Assembly (NCBI GenBank): GCA_038231135.1
Contig: JBBRLX010000019.1
Span: 10,176-74,175 of the forward strand
Reading direction: 5' to 3'
Length of the DNA stretch: 64,000 nucleotides
Source: Candidatus Eiseniibacteriota bacterium
GTDB taxonomy: Bacteria; Eisenbacteria; RBG-16-71-46
Under the pieces are notes generated by a model. That model did no database searches, was not told the origin of the DNA, and was given only the letters and a program-made list of their open reading frames with translations. Below, piece by piece: positions 29,567-38,456 of the stretch. A program made the position numbers and the translations under genes. The stretch's first letter is position 1; the number at the start of each line of letters is the position of its first letter.

Positions 29567-29606
29567 GCCGGACCGGCGGACCGTTCGCTCATCCCATGTT
29601 TTGCCA

Positions 29607-29650
29607 GGGAGCCCAAAGATCACCCGGACTCGGGTGGGACCTGGGCTCCC
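29607..29650 (+). terminator. Strong two-tier hairpin after the BON gene (possible terminator)
   Basis: GGGAGCCCA-AAGAT-CACCCG-GACT-CGGGTG-GGACC-TGGGCTCCC, followed by GTTCCTT. Confidence 0.5.
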
Positions 29651-29727
29651 GTTCCTTCGTGAGGTTCGTACTGTCGGAGAAGCGGCGCCGTACACCGCCG
29701 TCGGAAGGATGCGCGTCCCGGCGCTCC

Positions 29728-29744
29728 TGAGGTAGTGTCTGCGC
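29728..29744 (+). promoter_or_regulatory. Leaderless promoter TG-AGG-TAGTGT-N6-ATG
   Basis: 29726-29739 is identical over 14 nt to 35747-35760. Confidence 0.7.
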
Positions 29745-30202
29745 ATGTCCCTCGCCGCCGGCACCCGACTCCGACGGGTCGGGAGAGGACTCACTGCTAT
29801 TCCGTGGGCCCGCGCTGTTCTCGTATCCGCTCAGCTGGTCGCGCGATGGCCGCTGGCTCGTGGCCCAGTGCTCGGATTCCACGGGAGCGTTCGACCTGTG
29901 GGTCATACCCATGGCCGGGCGGGGGCATCCGCGTCCCGCCCACGGTCTGTTGGTGGTCGGATCGCGGCGACGAGTTGCTGGTGGGCAATCAGAAGAACGA
30001 AGTGTTCTCGATTCCGGTTACGACCGGCTCCGCGATCCAACTCGACTCGCCGCGCCGGCTGTTCACGGTGACTCCGCCCTCGTTCCTGGTCGACATCGCC
30101 ACCGGCGAGCAGCGGTTCCTGACGGGGTCCTTCGATCCCCGATCCAGCCACTCCACGCTCGATGTCGTGCTGGGCTGGCCACGGCTGCTCGATAAGCAAT
30201 AG
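29745..30202 (+). pseudogene. Collapsed kinase/TolB-propeller gene (first 9 codons plus C-terminal ~120 aa)
   Basis: MSLAAGTRL, then propeller-end fragments RWLVAQCSDSTGAFDLWVIPM and WSDRGDELL...PRRLF...QRFL...LDVVLGWPRLL. Confidence 0.8.
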
Positions 30203-30342
30203 CGCCACGAGCCCGTCCGTTCACGGGGTCCGGCGTTTCCGTCCGCGCCTCCTACGGCGCGCCTGGTGCTCGTGTTCCGGACGACGGGTCACGCTTCCCC
30301 GACGCCCGGCAAGCCGTCCACAATCCAACAAGGAGACGTGCC

Positions 30343-31758
30343 ATGAACGTCAGAACGCAGGCTGGCAACGAGACGGTCCTCGACGCCACCAAGCTTCAGA
30401 GCTTCGAACGCGCGCTGCAGGGACGGGTCGTGCTGCCGGGCTCACCCGGCTACGACGAGGCCCGCACGATCTGGAATGCGATGATCGACCGCCGGCCGGC
30501 GCTCATCGCACGCTGCGCCCAGGCGGAGGATGTGGTTCACGCCGTCCGCTTCGCGCGCGACAACGATATCCTCGTCGCTGTGCGCGGCGGCGGCCACAAC
30601 ATCGCGGGCAACGCCGTCTGTGACGGCGGACTCATGATCGATCTCACGCCGATGAAGAGCGTCCGCATCGATGAACGGCAGCGGACGGCGCGCGTCGAAG
30701 CCGGAGCCACGCTCGGAGAGTTCGACGCGGCGGCCCAGGCGGTGGGCCTCGCGACCCCGCTCGGAATCAATTCCACGACCGGCGTGGCGGGCCTGACTCT
30801 CGGCGGCGGGTTCGGGTGGCTGAGCCGCAAGTACGGGCTGTCGATCGACAATCTCATCTCCGCGGACGTGGTCACCGCCGCCGGCACGATGCTGAAGGCG
30901 AGCGCGACCGACAATCCCGATCTGTTCTGGGCGATCCGCGGCGGTGGCGGCAATTTCGGCATCGTGACGGCGTTCGAGTTCAAATTGCACCCGGTGGGGC
31001 CGAACGTGCTGTCGGGGCTGGTCATCCATCCGCTCGACGCGGCCGGGGACGTGCTGCGGTTCTACCGCAAATTCATCGCCACCACCCCCGAGGAGTTCGT
31101 GTGCTGGCTCGTGCTCCGTCAGGCGCCGCCACTGCCGTTCCTGCCCGAGGAGTGGCACGGCAAGGGCATCCTCGCGCTCGCGATGTGTTACGCGGGCCCC
31201 ATTGAGGACGGCGAACGCGTGGCGAAGCCGCTGCGGGAGTTCGGCAAGTCGATCGCCGACGTCGTCGCGCCGCATCCGTTCGCGGCCTGGCAGGCGATCC
31301 TCGACCCGCTGCTCACGCCGGGCATGCGCAACTACTGGAAGTCGCACGATTTCACCGAGCTCACCGAGGGGCTGATCGACGTGCTCGTGGCGCACGCTCG
31401 CAAGATACCGGATCCGCAGACTGAGATCGCGTTCGCGCAGCTGGGCGGCGCCGTCAGCCGGGTCGCGAACGACGCGACCGCCTACACGCACCGCGACGCG
31501 CAGTTCGTGATGAACGTCCATGGGCGCTGGGACAACCCCGCGAACGACGCGAAGGTCATCGCCTGGGCACGCGAACTGTTCACGGCCGCCGCGCCGTTCG
31601 CGACCGGCGGGGCCTACGTGAACTTCATGACCCAGGACGAGACCGAGCGCGTCCGCGCCGCCTACGGCAGCAATTTCGATCGATTGGCACAGCTCAAGAA
31701 GCAGTACGACCCGACGAACCTGTTCCGCATGAACCAGAACATCCGGCCGGCGTCGTAA
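30343..31758 (+). CDS. FAD-binding oxidoreductase (berberine-bridge/6-hydroxy-D-nicotine oxidase family)
   Basis: AAGGAG RBS; VRGGGHN covalent-FAD motif; LFWAIRGGGGNFGIVT; KKQYDPTNLFRMNQNI. Confidence 0.95.
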   Translation: MNVRTQAGNETVLDATKLQSFERALQGRVVLPGSPGYDEARTIWNAMIDRRPALIARCAQAEDVVHAVRFARDNDILVAVRGGGHNIAGNAVCDGGLMIDLTPMKSVRIDERQRTARVEAGATLGEFDAAAQAVGLATPLGINSTTGVAGLTLGGGFGWLSRKYGLSIDNLISADVVTAAGTMLKASATDNPDLFWAIRGGGGNFGIVTAFEFKLHPVGPNVLSGLVIHPLDAAGDVLRFYRKFIATTPEEFVCWLVLRQAPPLPFLPEEWHGKGILALAMCYAGPIEDGERVAKPLREFGKSIADVVAPHPFAAWQAILDPLLTPGMRNYWKSHDFTELTEGLIDVLVAHARKIPDPQTEIAFAQLGGAVSRVANDATAYTHRDAQFVMNVHGRWDNPANDAKVIAWARELFTAAAPFATGGAYVNFMTQDETERVRAAYGSNFDRLAQLKKQYDPTNLFRMNQNIRPAS

Positions 31759-32004
31759 GACCGCCGGGAAGCTCACGCACCGGCAGGGGACGACAACGAG
31801 CGTTCCCGCCGGCGGGGGCTCTACTGCACAGGAGCGGGGTGGTGCGAGTGGTGCGCGTTCGGTAGTAGCCGCAACGCGAGGATTTTCACCCCGTCGCCGG
31901 TGCCGGCTACCAGCGATTCGAAGCTGGCGTTGACTCCGCCTCCCACCGACGCAGCCCGACCACGCGCGGCGGCCCGTGCGCGGTCGGGAGCTGCGTCGAA
32001 TCGG

Positions 32005-32595
32005 TTACTTGTTCGCCCAGAAGCCGATCACGACTCCACCGGGCGCGGCGACGATTGCGATCCATCCCATTCCGCCCGGGAGCTGGTCGGGAGGGAATAT
32101 CGCGGTCGCGCCGGCCTCGAGCGCCTTGGAAAACGTGGCCTGAATGTCCGCAACCTCACAGTAGGGGACCGACCCCGGCGCCTCGGACGGGTTCGTGCCG
32201 CGAATCCCACCCCCGGTGCCGATCGCGAACTGCCACATGTGGTAGGGACCCGTCGGCGTGGGTACGGCGTCCCCGAACTTCCAGCCCAGCACCTGCTCGC
32301 ACCATGCCCGGGTCATCGACGGATTCGCGCTCGCCAGTTCCGTGTGCGTGATCACCCCGATCCGGGACTTCGCTGCGGCGGCGGCGCTGGACGCGGCCGC
32401 ACGCTTGGGCCGCCGGGCGGTCGGACGCTTGTTCGCGGCCTTCTTCGCGGCCTTCTTCGGAGCCTGCTTCGGAGCCTGCTTCGGGGCCTTCGATACCTTC
32501 TTAGCGGACTCCCTGGCGGCCCGCTTCGCGACCTTGTTCTTTGCGGCCTTCTTCGCGACCTTCTTCGCCTTCCGCGCCGGCTTCTTGTTCGCCAT
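32005..32595 (-). CDS. VOC/glyoxalase family protein with N-terminal histone-like K/A-rich tail
   Basis: AGGAGG RBS; ~75-aa KKAAKK-rich tail with 12-bp repeats, then ITHTELAS...GGGI...APGGVVIGFW. Confidence 0.88.
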   Translation of the reverse strand: MANKKPARKAKKVAKKAAKNKVAKRAARESAKKVSKAPKQAPKQAPKKAAKKAANKRPTARRPKRAAASSAAAAAKSRIGVITHTELASANPSMTRAWCEQVLGWKFGDAVPTPTGPYHMWQFAIGTGGGIRGTNPSEAPGSVPYCEVADIQATFSKALEAGATAIFPPDQLPGGMGWIAIVAAPGGVVIGFWANK

Positions 32596-32857
32596 GAGAT
32601 CCTCCTGGTCGGAGTTGCATACCGGTTCGAGCGGGTCCCGCACCTGCATCCGCTCACGGCGGCATCGTATATCATTTCGGCGAGGTGGTGTCCCGCCGGC
32701 GACCGCGACCGGGTCCATCCCGCGAGGAGCTGCTGGAAGTCGTCCGGCAGCCACGGCGGCGGCTCGGACCGGCCAAGCTCGAACGAATGTGTAAGCGTCC
32801 GGCCGTGATACGCTGCCGTGGATCACATCGCATCCACTCCACTCCGCCGGGACCTCC

Positions 32858-35680
32858 ATGCGATTCGAGCCGGGCCTGAAGCTGGACCATTACCGCGTCG
32901 TCGAGAAGCTCGGCGAGGGCGGCATGGGAGAGGTGTGGCTCGCCGAGGACACCAGGCTCGGGCGGTCCGTGGCGCTCAAGCGGTTGCCGGCGGCGCTCGC
33001 GGCCGATCCGCAGCTGCTGGAGCGGTTTCAGCGCGAGGCCCGCACGCTCGCGGCGCTCAATCATCCGAACATCGTGACGATCCACGCGGTGGAGGAGTCG
33101 GGCGCGGGGCCGTTCCTGGCGATGGAGCTGGTGCGCGGGCATACGCTGTCGCACGAGATCCCGCCCGCGGGCCTGCCGCCGGCGCGCGTGCTCGAGCTGG
33201 CGATCACGATCGCCGGGGCCGTCGCCGCCGCCCACGAGCGTGGCATCGTCCATCGCGATCTCAAGCCCGACAACATCATGCTGAGCGACGATGGCCGGCT
33301 GCGCGTGCTCGATTTCGGACTCGCGAGGGCCCAACTCCTCGCGGCGCAGCCAGCGGGCGGACCCGATGCTCCCACCGTGGCGGTGTCCGCCGAACTCACG
33401 CGGCAGGGGACGATCCTCGGCACGGTGTCGTACATGTCGCCCGAGCAGGCGCAGGGCCGGCCGGCCGACGCCCGCTCGGATGTGTTCTCGCTCGGCATCA
33501 TCCTCTACGAGATGGCCTCGGGCCGCCGCCCGTTCACGGGCGGCGATCAGATGTCGATCCTCGCCGCGATCCTGCGCGACACCCCGCCGCCCTGCGACCG
33601 GTTGAACCCTGCCGTGCCCGCGCGGCTCGCGGCGGTGATCCACCGCTGCCTCGAGAAGGACGCGGCACTGCGCTACCCGACGGCCGCCGGCCTGCGCGAC
33701 GACCTCGTGGCGCTGCACGACTGGGCGCGAGGCGACGCCCTGACGAGCCTCACGCGCATCGTCGACCGGATCCAGGGACTCGAGGAAGGCCCGGAGGCGT
33801 GGGAAGCGTTCGTGCTGGCTCGCGAGATCGCGAAGCTGGTGCCGGACGACCCGCAGCTCCAGCGCCTGGCCCCGATGTTCGCCCGCGACATCGCGGTCAC
33901 GTCCGATCCCCCCGGGGCGAACGTGTCCGTTAAGTACTACGGCACGCCGGATGCCGACTGGACCGCGATGGGTGTCACACCGCTCGACACCGTGTCGTGG
34001 CCGAAAGGCTTCACGCGCATCCGGCTCGAGCACGACGGCGTCCGCAGTGCCGAGGACCTGATCTGGAACCACGACTACATCGGGACCGCGTGGCATTACG
34101 ATATGACGGCGCCGGACCAGGCGCCGCCCGAGATGGAGTGGGTCCCGGCCGGCAAGTTCGCTCTTCATATGCCGGGCCTCGACCATCTCGACGCCGAGCC
34201 GATGGCGGGCTTCTTCATGGACCGCGATCCGGTGACGAACGCCGAATACAAGCGCTTCGTCGACGCCGGCGGATATGCGGACCCAGCGTTCTGGCTCGAA
34301 CCGGTGGTCGCCGACGGTGGCGAGCTGGCGCGGCCCGAGGCCATGGCCCGGTTCGTCGACTCGACCGGACATGCCGGGCCCGCGGGGTGGGAGGTCGGAG
34401 ACCCTCCGCCCGGCGAGGCCGCGCTGCCGGTGTCGGGGGTCAGCTGGTACGAGGCCGCCGCGTACGCCGCCTGGGCCGGGAAGCGCCTGCCCACGGTGTT
34501 CCATTGGAATCGCGTGGCGTTCACCGTCGCCAGCGCACAGGTCATCGCGCAGGCGAATCTCGCCGCACGCGGACCGGTGGCGGTCGGCTCGACGCACAGC
34601 ATGAACCGCTACGGCGTGCGCGACCTCGCGGGCAACGTGCGCGAGTGGGCGTGGAACGCGACCTCGCGCGGGGACAAACGGTTCCTCCTGGGCGGCGGCT
34701 GGAACGACCCGGAGTATTCGTTCAACGACGCCTGGGCGCAGTCGGCGCTCGACCGCTCGCCGACCAACGGCTTCCGCTGCATCCGGATCCTCGAGCCCGA
34801 GACGAACCTCGAGCACCTGACGCAGGTGATCGACCTGCCGTTCCGCGATTTCCACGCCGAGACGCCGGTGCCGGATGCGGTGTTCGAGTTCTTCCTCCGC
34901 CAGTTTCGCTACGACGCGACGCCGCTCGCCGCGACGATCGAAGCCTCAGAGCCGAGCGTCCTCGGACGCTGGCAGACCGTGACGTTCGCCGCGGCCTACG
35001 GGACCGAGCGCATGAGCCTGTACCTGTTCCTGCCCGACAAGGGCCGGCCGCCGTACCAGACCATCGTGGTGGTCCCGGGCTCGAACGCGATCCACACCCG
35101 TACGTTCACGCCGCAGGACCTGCGCCGCATCGACTTCATCACGCGCAGCGGGCGCGCGATCGCGCTCCCCGTGTTCAAGGGCACGTATCACCGCGGCGGC
35201 GAGCTGCACTCGGACTACCCCGCGGAGACGGCGTCGTATCGCGATTACATGATCATGTGGGTCAAGGATCTCGCCCGTTCGATCGACTACCTCGAGACGC
35301 GCGACGACATCGACGCCGGCCACATCGGGTACTTCGGCCTGAGCTGGGGCGGCGCGCTGGGCGCGATCATGCCGGCGGTCGAGCGGCGGATCCGGGCCAA
35401 TGTGCTGTACGTCGCGGGGCTGTGCTTCCAGCACGCGCTGCCGGAGGTCGACGCGATCAATTACATCACGCGTGTCACGCAGCCGACGCTGATGCTCAAC
35501 GGCGAGTTCGATTTCTTCTTCCCGACCGAGACCTCGCAGCGGCCCATGTTCGAGTTGCTCGGCACGCCCGCCGAGCACAAGCGCCGTCTCACGTTCCCCG
35601 GCGGCCATTCGGTTCCGCGCACCGAGACGATCCGCGAGACGCTGGCCTGGCTGGATCGCTACCTCGGACCGGCCGCGTGA
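32858..35680 (+). CDS. Ser/Thr kinase fused to PEGA-like, FGE-sulfatase (SUMF1) and alpha/beta-hydrolase domains
   Basis: HRDLKPDN, DFG; SDPPGANV; PVTNAEYKRF, VSWYEAAAYA, DLAGNVREW, NGFRC; GLSWGG nucleophile, NGEFD, GGH. Confidence 0.93.
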   Translation: MRFEPGLKLDHYRVVEKLGEGGMGEVWLAEDTRLGRSVALKRLPAALAADPQLLERFQREARTLAALNHPNIVTIHAVEESGAGPFLAMELVRGHTLSHEIPPAGLPPARVLELAITIAGAVAAAHERGIVHRDLKPDNIMLSDDGRLRVLDFGLARAQLLAAQPAGGPDAPTVAVSAELTRQGTILGTVSYMSPEQAQGRPADARSDVFSLGIILYEMASGRRPFTGGDQMSILAAILRDTPPPCDRLNPAVPARLAAVIHRCLEKDAALRYPTAAGLRDDLVALHDWARGDALTSLTRIVDRIQGLEEGPEAWEAFVLAREIAKLVPDDPQLQRLAPMFARDIAVTSDPPGANVSVKYYGTPDADWTAMGVTPLDTVSWPKGFTRIRLEHDGVRSAEDLIWNHDYIGTAWHYDMTAPDQAPPEMEWVPAGKFALHMPGLDHLDAEPMAGFFMDRDPVTNAEYKRFVDAGGYADPAFWLEPVVADGGELARPEAMARFVDSTGHAGPAGWEVGDPPPGEAALPVSGVSWYEAAAYAAWAGKRLPTVFHWNRVAFTVASAQVIAQANLAARGPVAVGSTHSMNRYGVRDLAGNVREWAWNATSRGDKRFLLGGGWNDPEYSFNDAWAQSALDRSPTNGFRCIRILEPETNLEHLTQVIDLPFRDFHAETPVPDAVFEFFLRQFRYDATPLAATIEASEPSVLGRWQTVTFAAAYGTERMSLYLFLPDKGRPPYQTIVVVPGSNAIHTRTFTPQDLRRIDFITRSGRAIALPVFKGTYHRGGELHSDYPAETASYRDYMIMWVKDLARSIDYLETRDDIDAGHIGYFGLSWGGALGAIMPAVERRIRANVLYVAGLCFQHALPEVDAINYITRVTQPTLMLNGEFDFFFPTETSQRPMFELLGTPAEHKRRLTFPGGHSVPRTETIRETLAWLDRYLGPAA

Positions 35681-35748
35681 CGCCGCGCGTGTCCGAACGG
35701 GTTCACCTCGAACCCCGGCCGCTCCGCGAATGCGTGACGCCACGACCC

Positions 35749-35765
35749 TGAGGTAGTGTCCACGA
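35749..35765 (+). promoter_or_regulatory. Leaderless promoter TG-AGG-TAGTGT-N6-ATG
   Basis: -10 hexamer 35754-35759 lies 6 nt before ATG 35766; no SD sequence. Confidence 0.72.
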
Positions 35766-38456
35766 ATGCCACTGCCTGCCGGCACGAGACTGGGTCCCTA
35801 CGAGGTCGTCGCGCCGCTCGGCGCCGGCGGCATGGGGGAGGTGTACCGCGCACGCGACACGCGCCTCGGCCGCGACGTGGCGATCAAGGTGCTGCCGCAG
35901 GGCTTCGAGGCGGATCCCGATCGCATCGTGCGGTTCGAGCGTGAGGCGAAGCTGCTCGCCTCGCTCAATCATCCGAACGTCGCCGTGCTCTATGGCGTCG
36001 AGCATCTGGACGGCATGCTGTGCCTGGTGCTCGAGTTGATCGAGGGCGAATCGCTGGCGCAACGGCTCCAGCGCGGGCCGCTGCCGATGGACGAGGCGTT
36101 CGACGTAGCCGCGCAGGTGGCGGCCGCGCTCGAGGCCGCCCACGAAGCGGGCGTGGTGCATCGCGACTTGAAGCCCGGCAACGTGATGCTGCGGCCCGAC
36201 GGCGTGGCGAAGGTGCTCGACTTCGGCCTCGCGCGCGGCCCGCTGGGCGCCACGACGCCGGGCGTTCCTCCGTCGCTGAGCCAGTCGCCGACGATGACGA
36301 GCCCCGCGACGATGCCCGGCATGATCCTCGGCACGGCCGCCTACATGAGCCCCGAGCAGGCCAAGGGACGGGTCGCCGACCGGCGCGCCGACTTGTGGGC
36401 GTGGGGCTGCCTGCTCTACGAACTGCTCACCGGCCGGCGCGCGTTCCCGGGCGAGGACGTCTCCGAGACGCTCGCGTCGATCCTCAAGTCGGAGCCGGAT
36501 TGGGCTGCGCTGCCTCGCGATACACCGCTGCGCGTTCGCGAGCTGCTGGCCCGGTGCCTGCGCAAGGACGTGCGCGAGCGCCTCCGCGACGCGGGCGACG
36601 CACGCGTGCTGCTCACCGAGGCGCGCACGCACGTCGAGGCGCCGGCGACCTCCACGCCGGCTCGTGCCGGAGTGCCGTGGCTCGTCGCCCTGGGTCTGCT
36701 CGGGCTCGGCATCGCCGCGACGCTCGGCATCCTGCAGCTATGGGGACCGCACGACGGGTCCGCGCGCGCCGGCATCCTCCGGCTGCCGTTCCTGCCACCG
36801 GACAGCGTGAGCGTCGACGACCGCGCGAGCAACTTCGCGGTCATCTCACCCGACGGCAGGAATCTGTTGTTCGCGGGCCGCACACCGCATGGCGTGCGGC
36901 AACTGTGGCTGCGTCCGCTCGATTCCATGGTGGCGCAACCGCTGGCCGGCACGGACGGCGCGAACGAGCCGTTCTGGTCCCCGGATGGCCGCTCGATCGC
37001 GTTCGCCGCCGACGGCAAACTCAAGCGCCTCGATCTGTCGGGCGGGCAGCCCAAGGTGCTCGCCGACGCCGCGCGAATGTGCGGCGGGACGTGGAGTCGC
37101 TCGGGCGTCATCGTATTCAGCCCCGACTTCAGCAGCGTGCTCGATCGGGTGTCCGCGGACGGCGGCCCGACGACGCTCGTCGCGCGTCCCGATTCCACAC
37201 GCGGTGAGACCGGCTATCGCTCGCCGAGTTTCCTGCCCGATGGCCGCCACCTGCTCTACCGAGTGGACAACACCGGCGGCTACCCCAACTACGACTGGTT
37301 CGTCCGCCGTCTCGACGGCAACGACACGAAGCGGCTGATCCAGGGCTCCCCGGCCGCGCTGTACGCGCCGCCCGGCTGGCTGCTGTTCGCGCGCGGCGGT
37401 TCGATGTTCGCCCAGCGCTTCGATGCCGCCGCGCTGCGACTGTCGGGAGAACCGCTCCCCATCCAGATTGGCGCACCGATCGACCAGAACTTCACCAATG
37501 CGCGATTCTCGACGTCGCAGAATGGCGTGCTGGTGGCCCAGATCGAACCCGCGTACTCCTTTCAACTCACGTGGTACGACCGTGCCGGGAAGCGTCTCGG
37601 CCTGCTGGGCCCCGAAATGCAGGTTCACCTGGCTCAGTCGCCCTCGTTGTCGGCGGACCGCAGCCACGTCGTGTTCCAGCGCCAGGATCCGCAGACCGGT
37701 ATCGGCGACATCTGGACGATCGACGTCGCACGGGGAACGCTGAACCGGCTCACGAGCGACCCCACGCTCGATCAGTTGCCCCTGTGGGCGGTCGACGGTC
37801 GATCGGTGTTCGAGAACACCCGCCGCAACGGCGTCGCAGGCATCTACCGCATCTCCGCGAACGGCGGCGACGAGCGATTCATGGCGAAGGGCGGCTGGCC
37901 CACCGCAACGACTCCCGATGGCCGGTTCCTGATCTTCATGAAGCGCGGCGAGAAGACGCGCCAGGACATCTGGCTGCTGCCGCTCACGGGCGGCGGCCCG
38001 GCGCGCGTGGTACTGGCCACCGAATTCAACGACTCGCAACCGCAGATCTCGCCCGACGGCCACTGGCTGGCCTATGCCTCCGACGAGACCGGCAGCTACG
38101 AGGTCTACGCGCGGCCGTTTTCGCCCGAGACCGGGGTCGGCGACCCGGTGCGCATCTCGACGGGCGGCGGATTCGCACCGCGCTGGCGCGGTGACGGCCG
38201 CGAGTTGTTCTACGTCTCGGCGCCGATCAGCGCCGCAGACGGACGGCTGATGGCGACGAGCATCAAGGTCGACGGCGCGAGGCTCGAGCCGGGCACGCCG
38301 ATTCCGCTGTTCGCGACCCACATGATGCCGGACGGATTCACGCCGGAATTCGACGTGTCGGCGGACGGGCAGCGGTTCCTGGTCGGAACCGCGACCCGCG
38401 ACCCACATGCGACTGGAGTGAACCTGCTGCTCAACTGGACGGAGTTACTCCGATGA
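35766..38456 (+). CDS. Transmembrane Ser/Thr kinase with TolB-like (PD40) beta-propellers
   Basis: Full kinase motifs; TM VPWLVALGLLGLGIAATLGIL; PFWSPDG and ISPDG repeats. Confidence 0.94.
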   Translation: MPLPAGTRLGPYEVVAPLGAGGMGEVYRARDTRLGRDVAIKVLPQGFEADPDRIVRFEREAKLLASLNHPNVAVLYGVEHLDGMLCLVLELIEGESLAQRLQRGPLPMDEAFDVAAQVAAALEAAHEAGVVHRDLKPGNVMLRPDGVAKVLDFGLARGPLGATTPGVPPSLSQSPTMTSPATMPGMILGTAAYMSPEQAKGRVADRRADLWAWGCLLYELLTGRRAFPGEDVSETLASILKSEPDWAALPRDTPLRVRELLARCLRKDVRERLRDAGDARVLLTEARTHVEAPATSTPARAGVPWLVALGLLGLGIAATLGILQLWGPHDGSARAGILRLPFLPPDSVSVDDRASNFAVISPDGRNLLFAGRTPHGVRQLWLRPLDSMVAQPLAGTDGANEPFWSPDGRSIAFAADGKLKRLDLSGGQPKVLADAARMCGGTWSRSGVIVFSPDFSSVLDRVSADGGPTTLVARPDSTRGETGYRSPSFLPDGRHLLYRVDNTGGYPNYDWFVRRLDGNDTKRLIQGSPAALYAPPGWLLFARGGSMFAQRFDAAALRLSGEPLPIQIGAPIDQNFTNARFSTSQNGVLVAQIEPAYSFQLTWYDRAGKRLGLLGPEMQVHLAQSPSLSADRSHVVFQRQDPQTGIGDIWTIDVARGTLNRLTSDPTLDQLPLWAVDGRSVFENTRRNGVAGIYRISANGGDERFMAKGGWPTATTPDGRFLIFMKRGEKTRQDIWLLPLTGGGPARVVLATEFNDSQPQISPDGHWLAYASDETGSYEVYARPFSPETGVGDPVRISTGGGFAPRWRGDGRELFYVSAPISAADGRLMATSIKVDGARLEPGTPIPLFATHMMPDGFTPEFDVSADGQRFLVGTATRDPHATGVNLLLNWTELLR

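Noticed and set aside
31945..32010. Hairpin after the VOC stop as an integron attC site
   Set aside because: No properly placed RYYYAAC/GTTRRRY ends, no similar sites after other genes, and no integron integrase.
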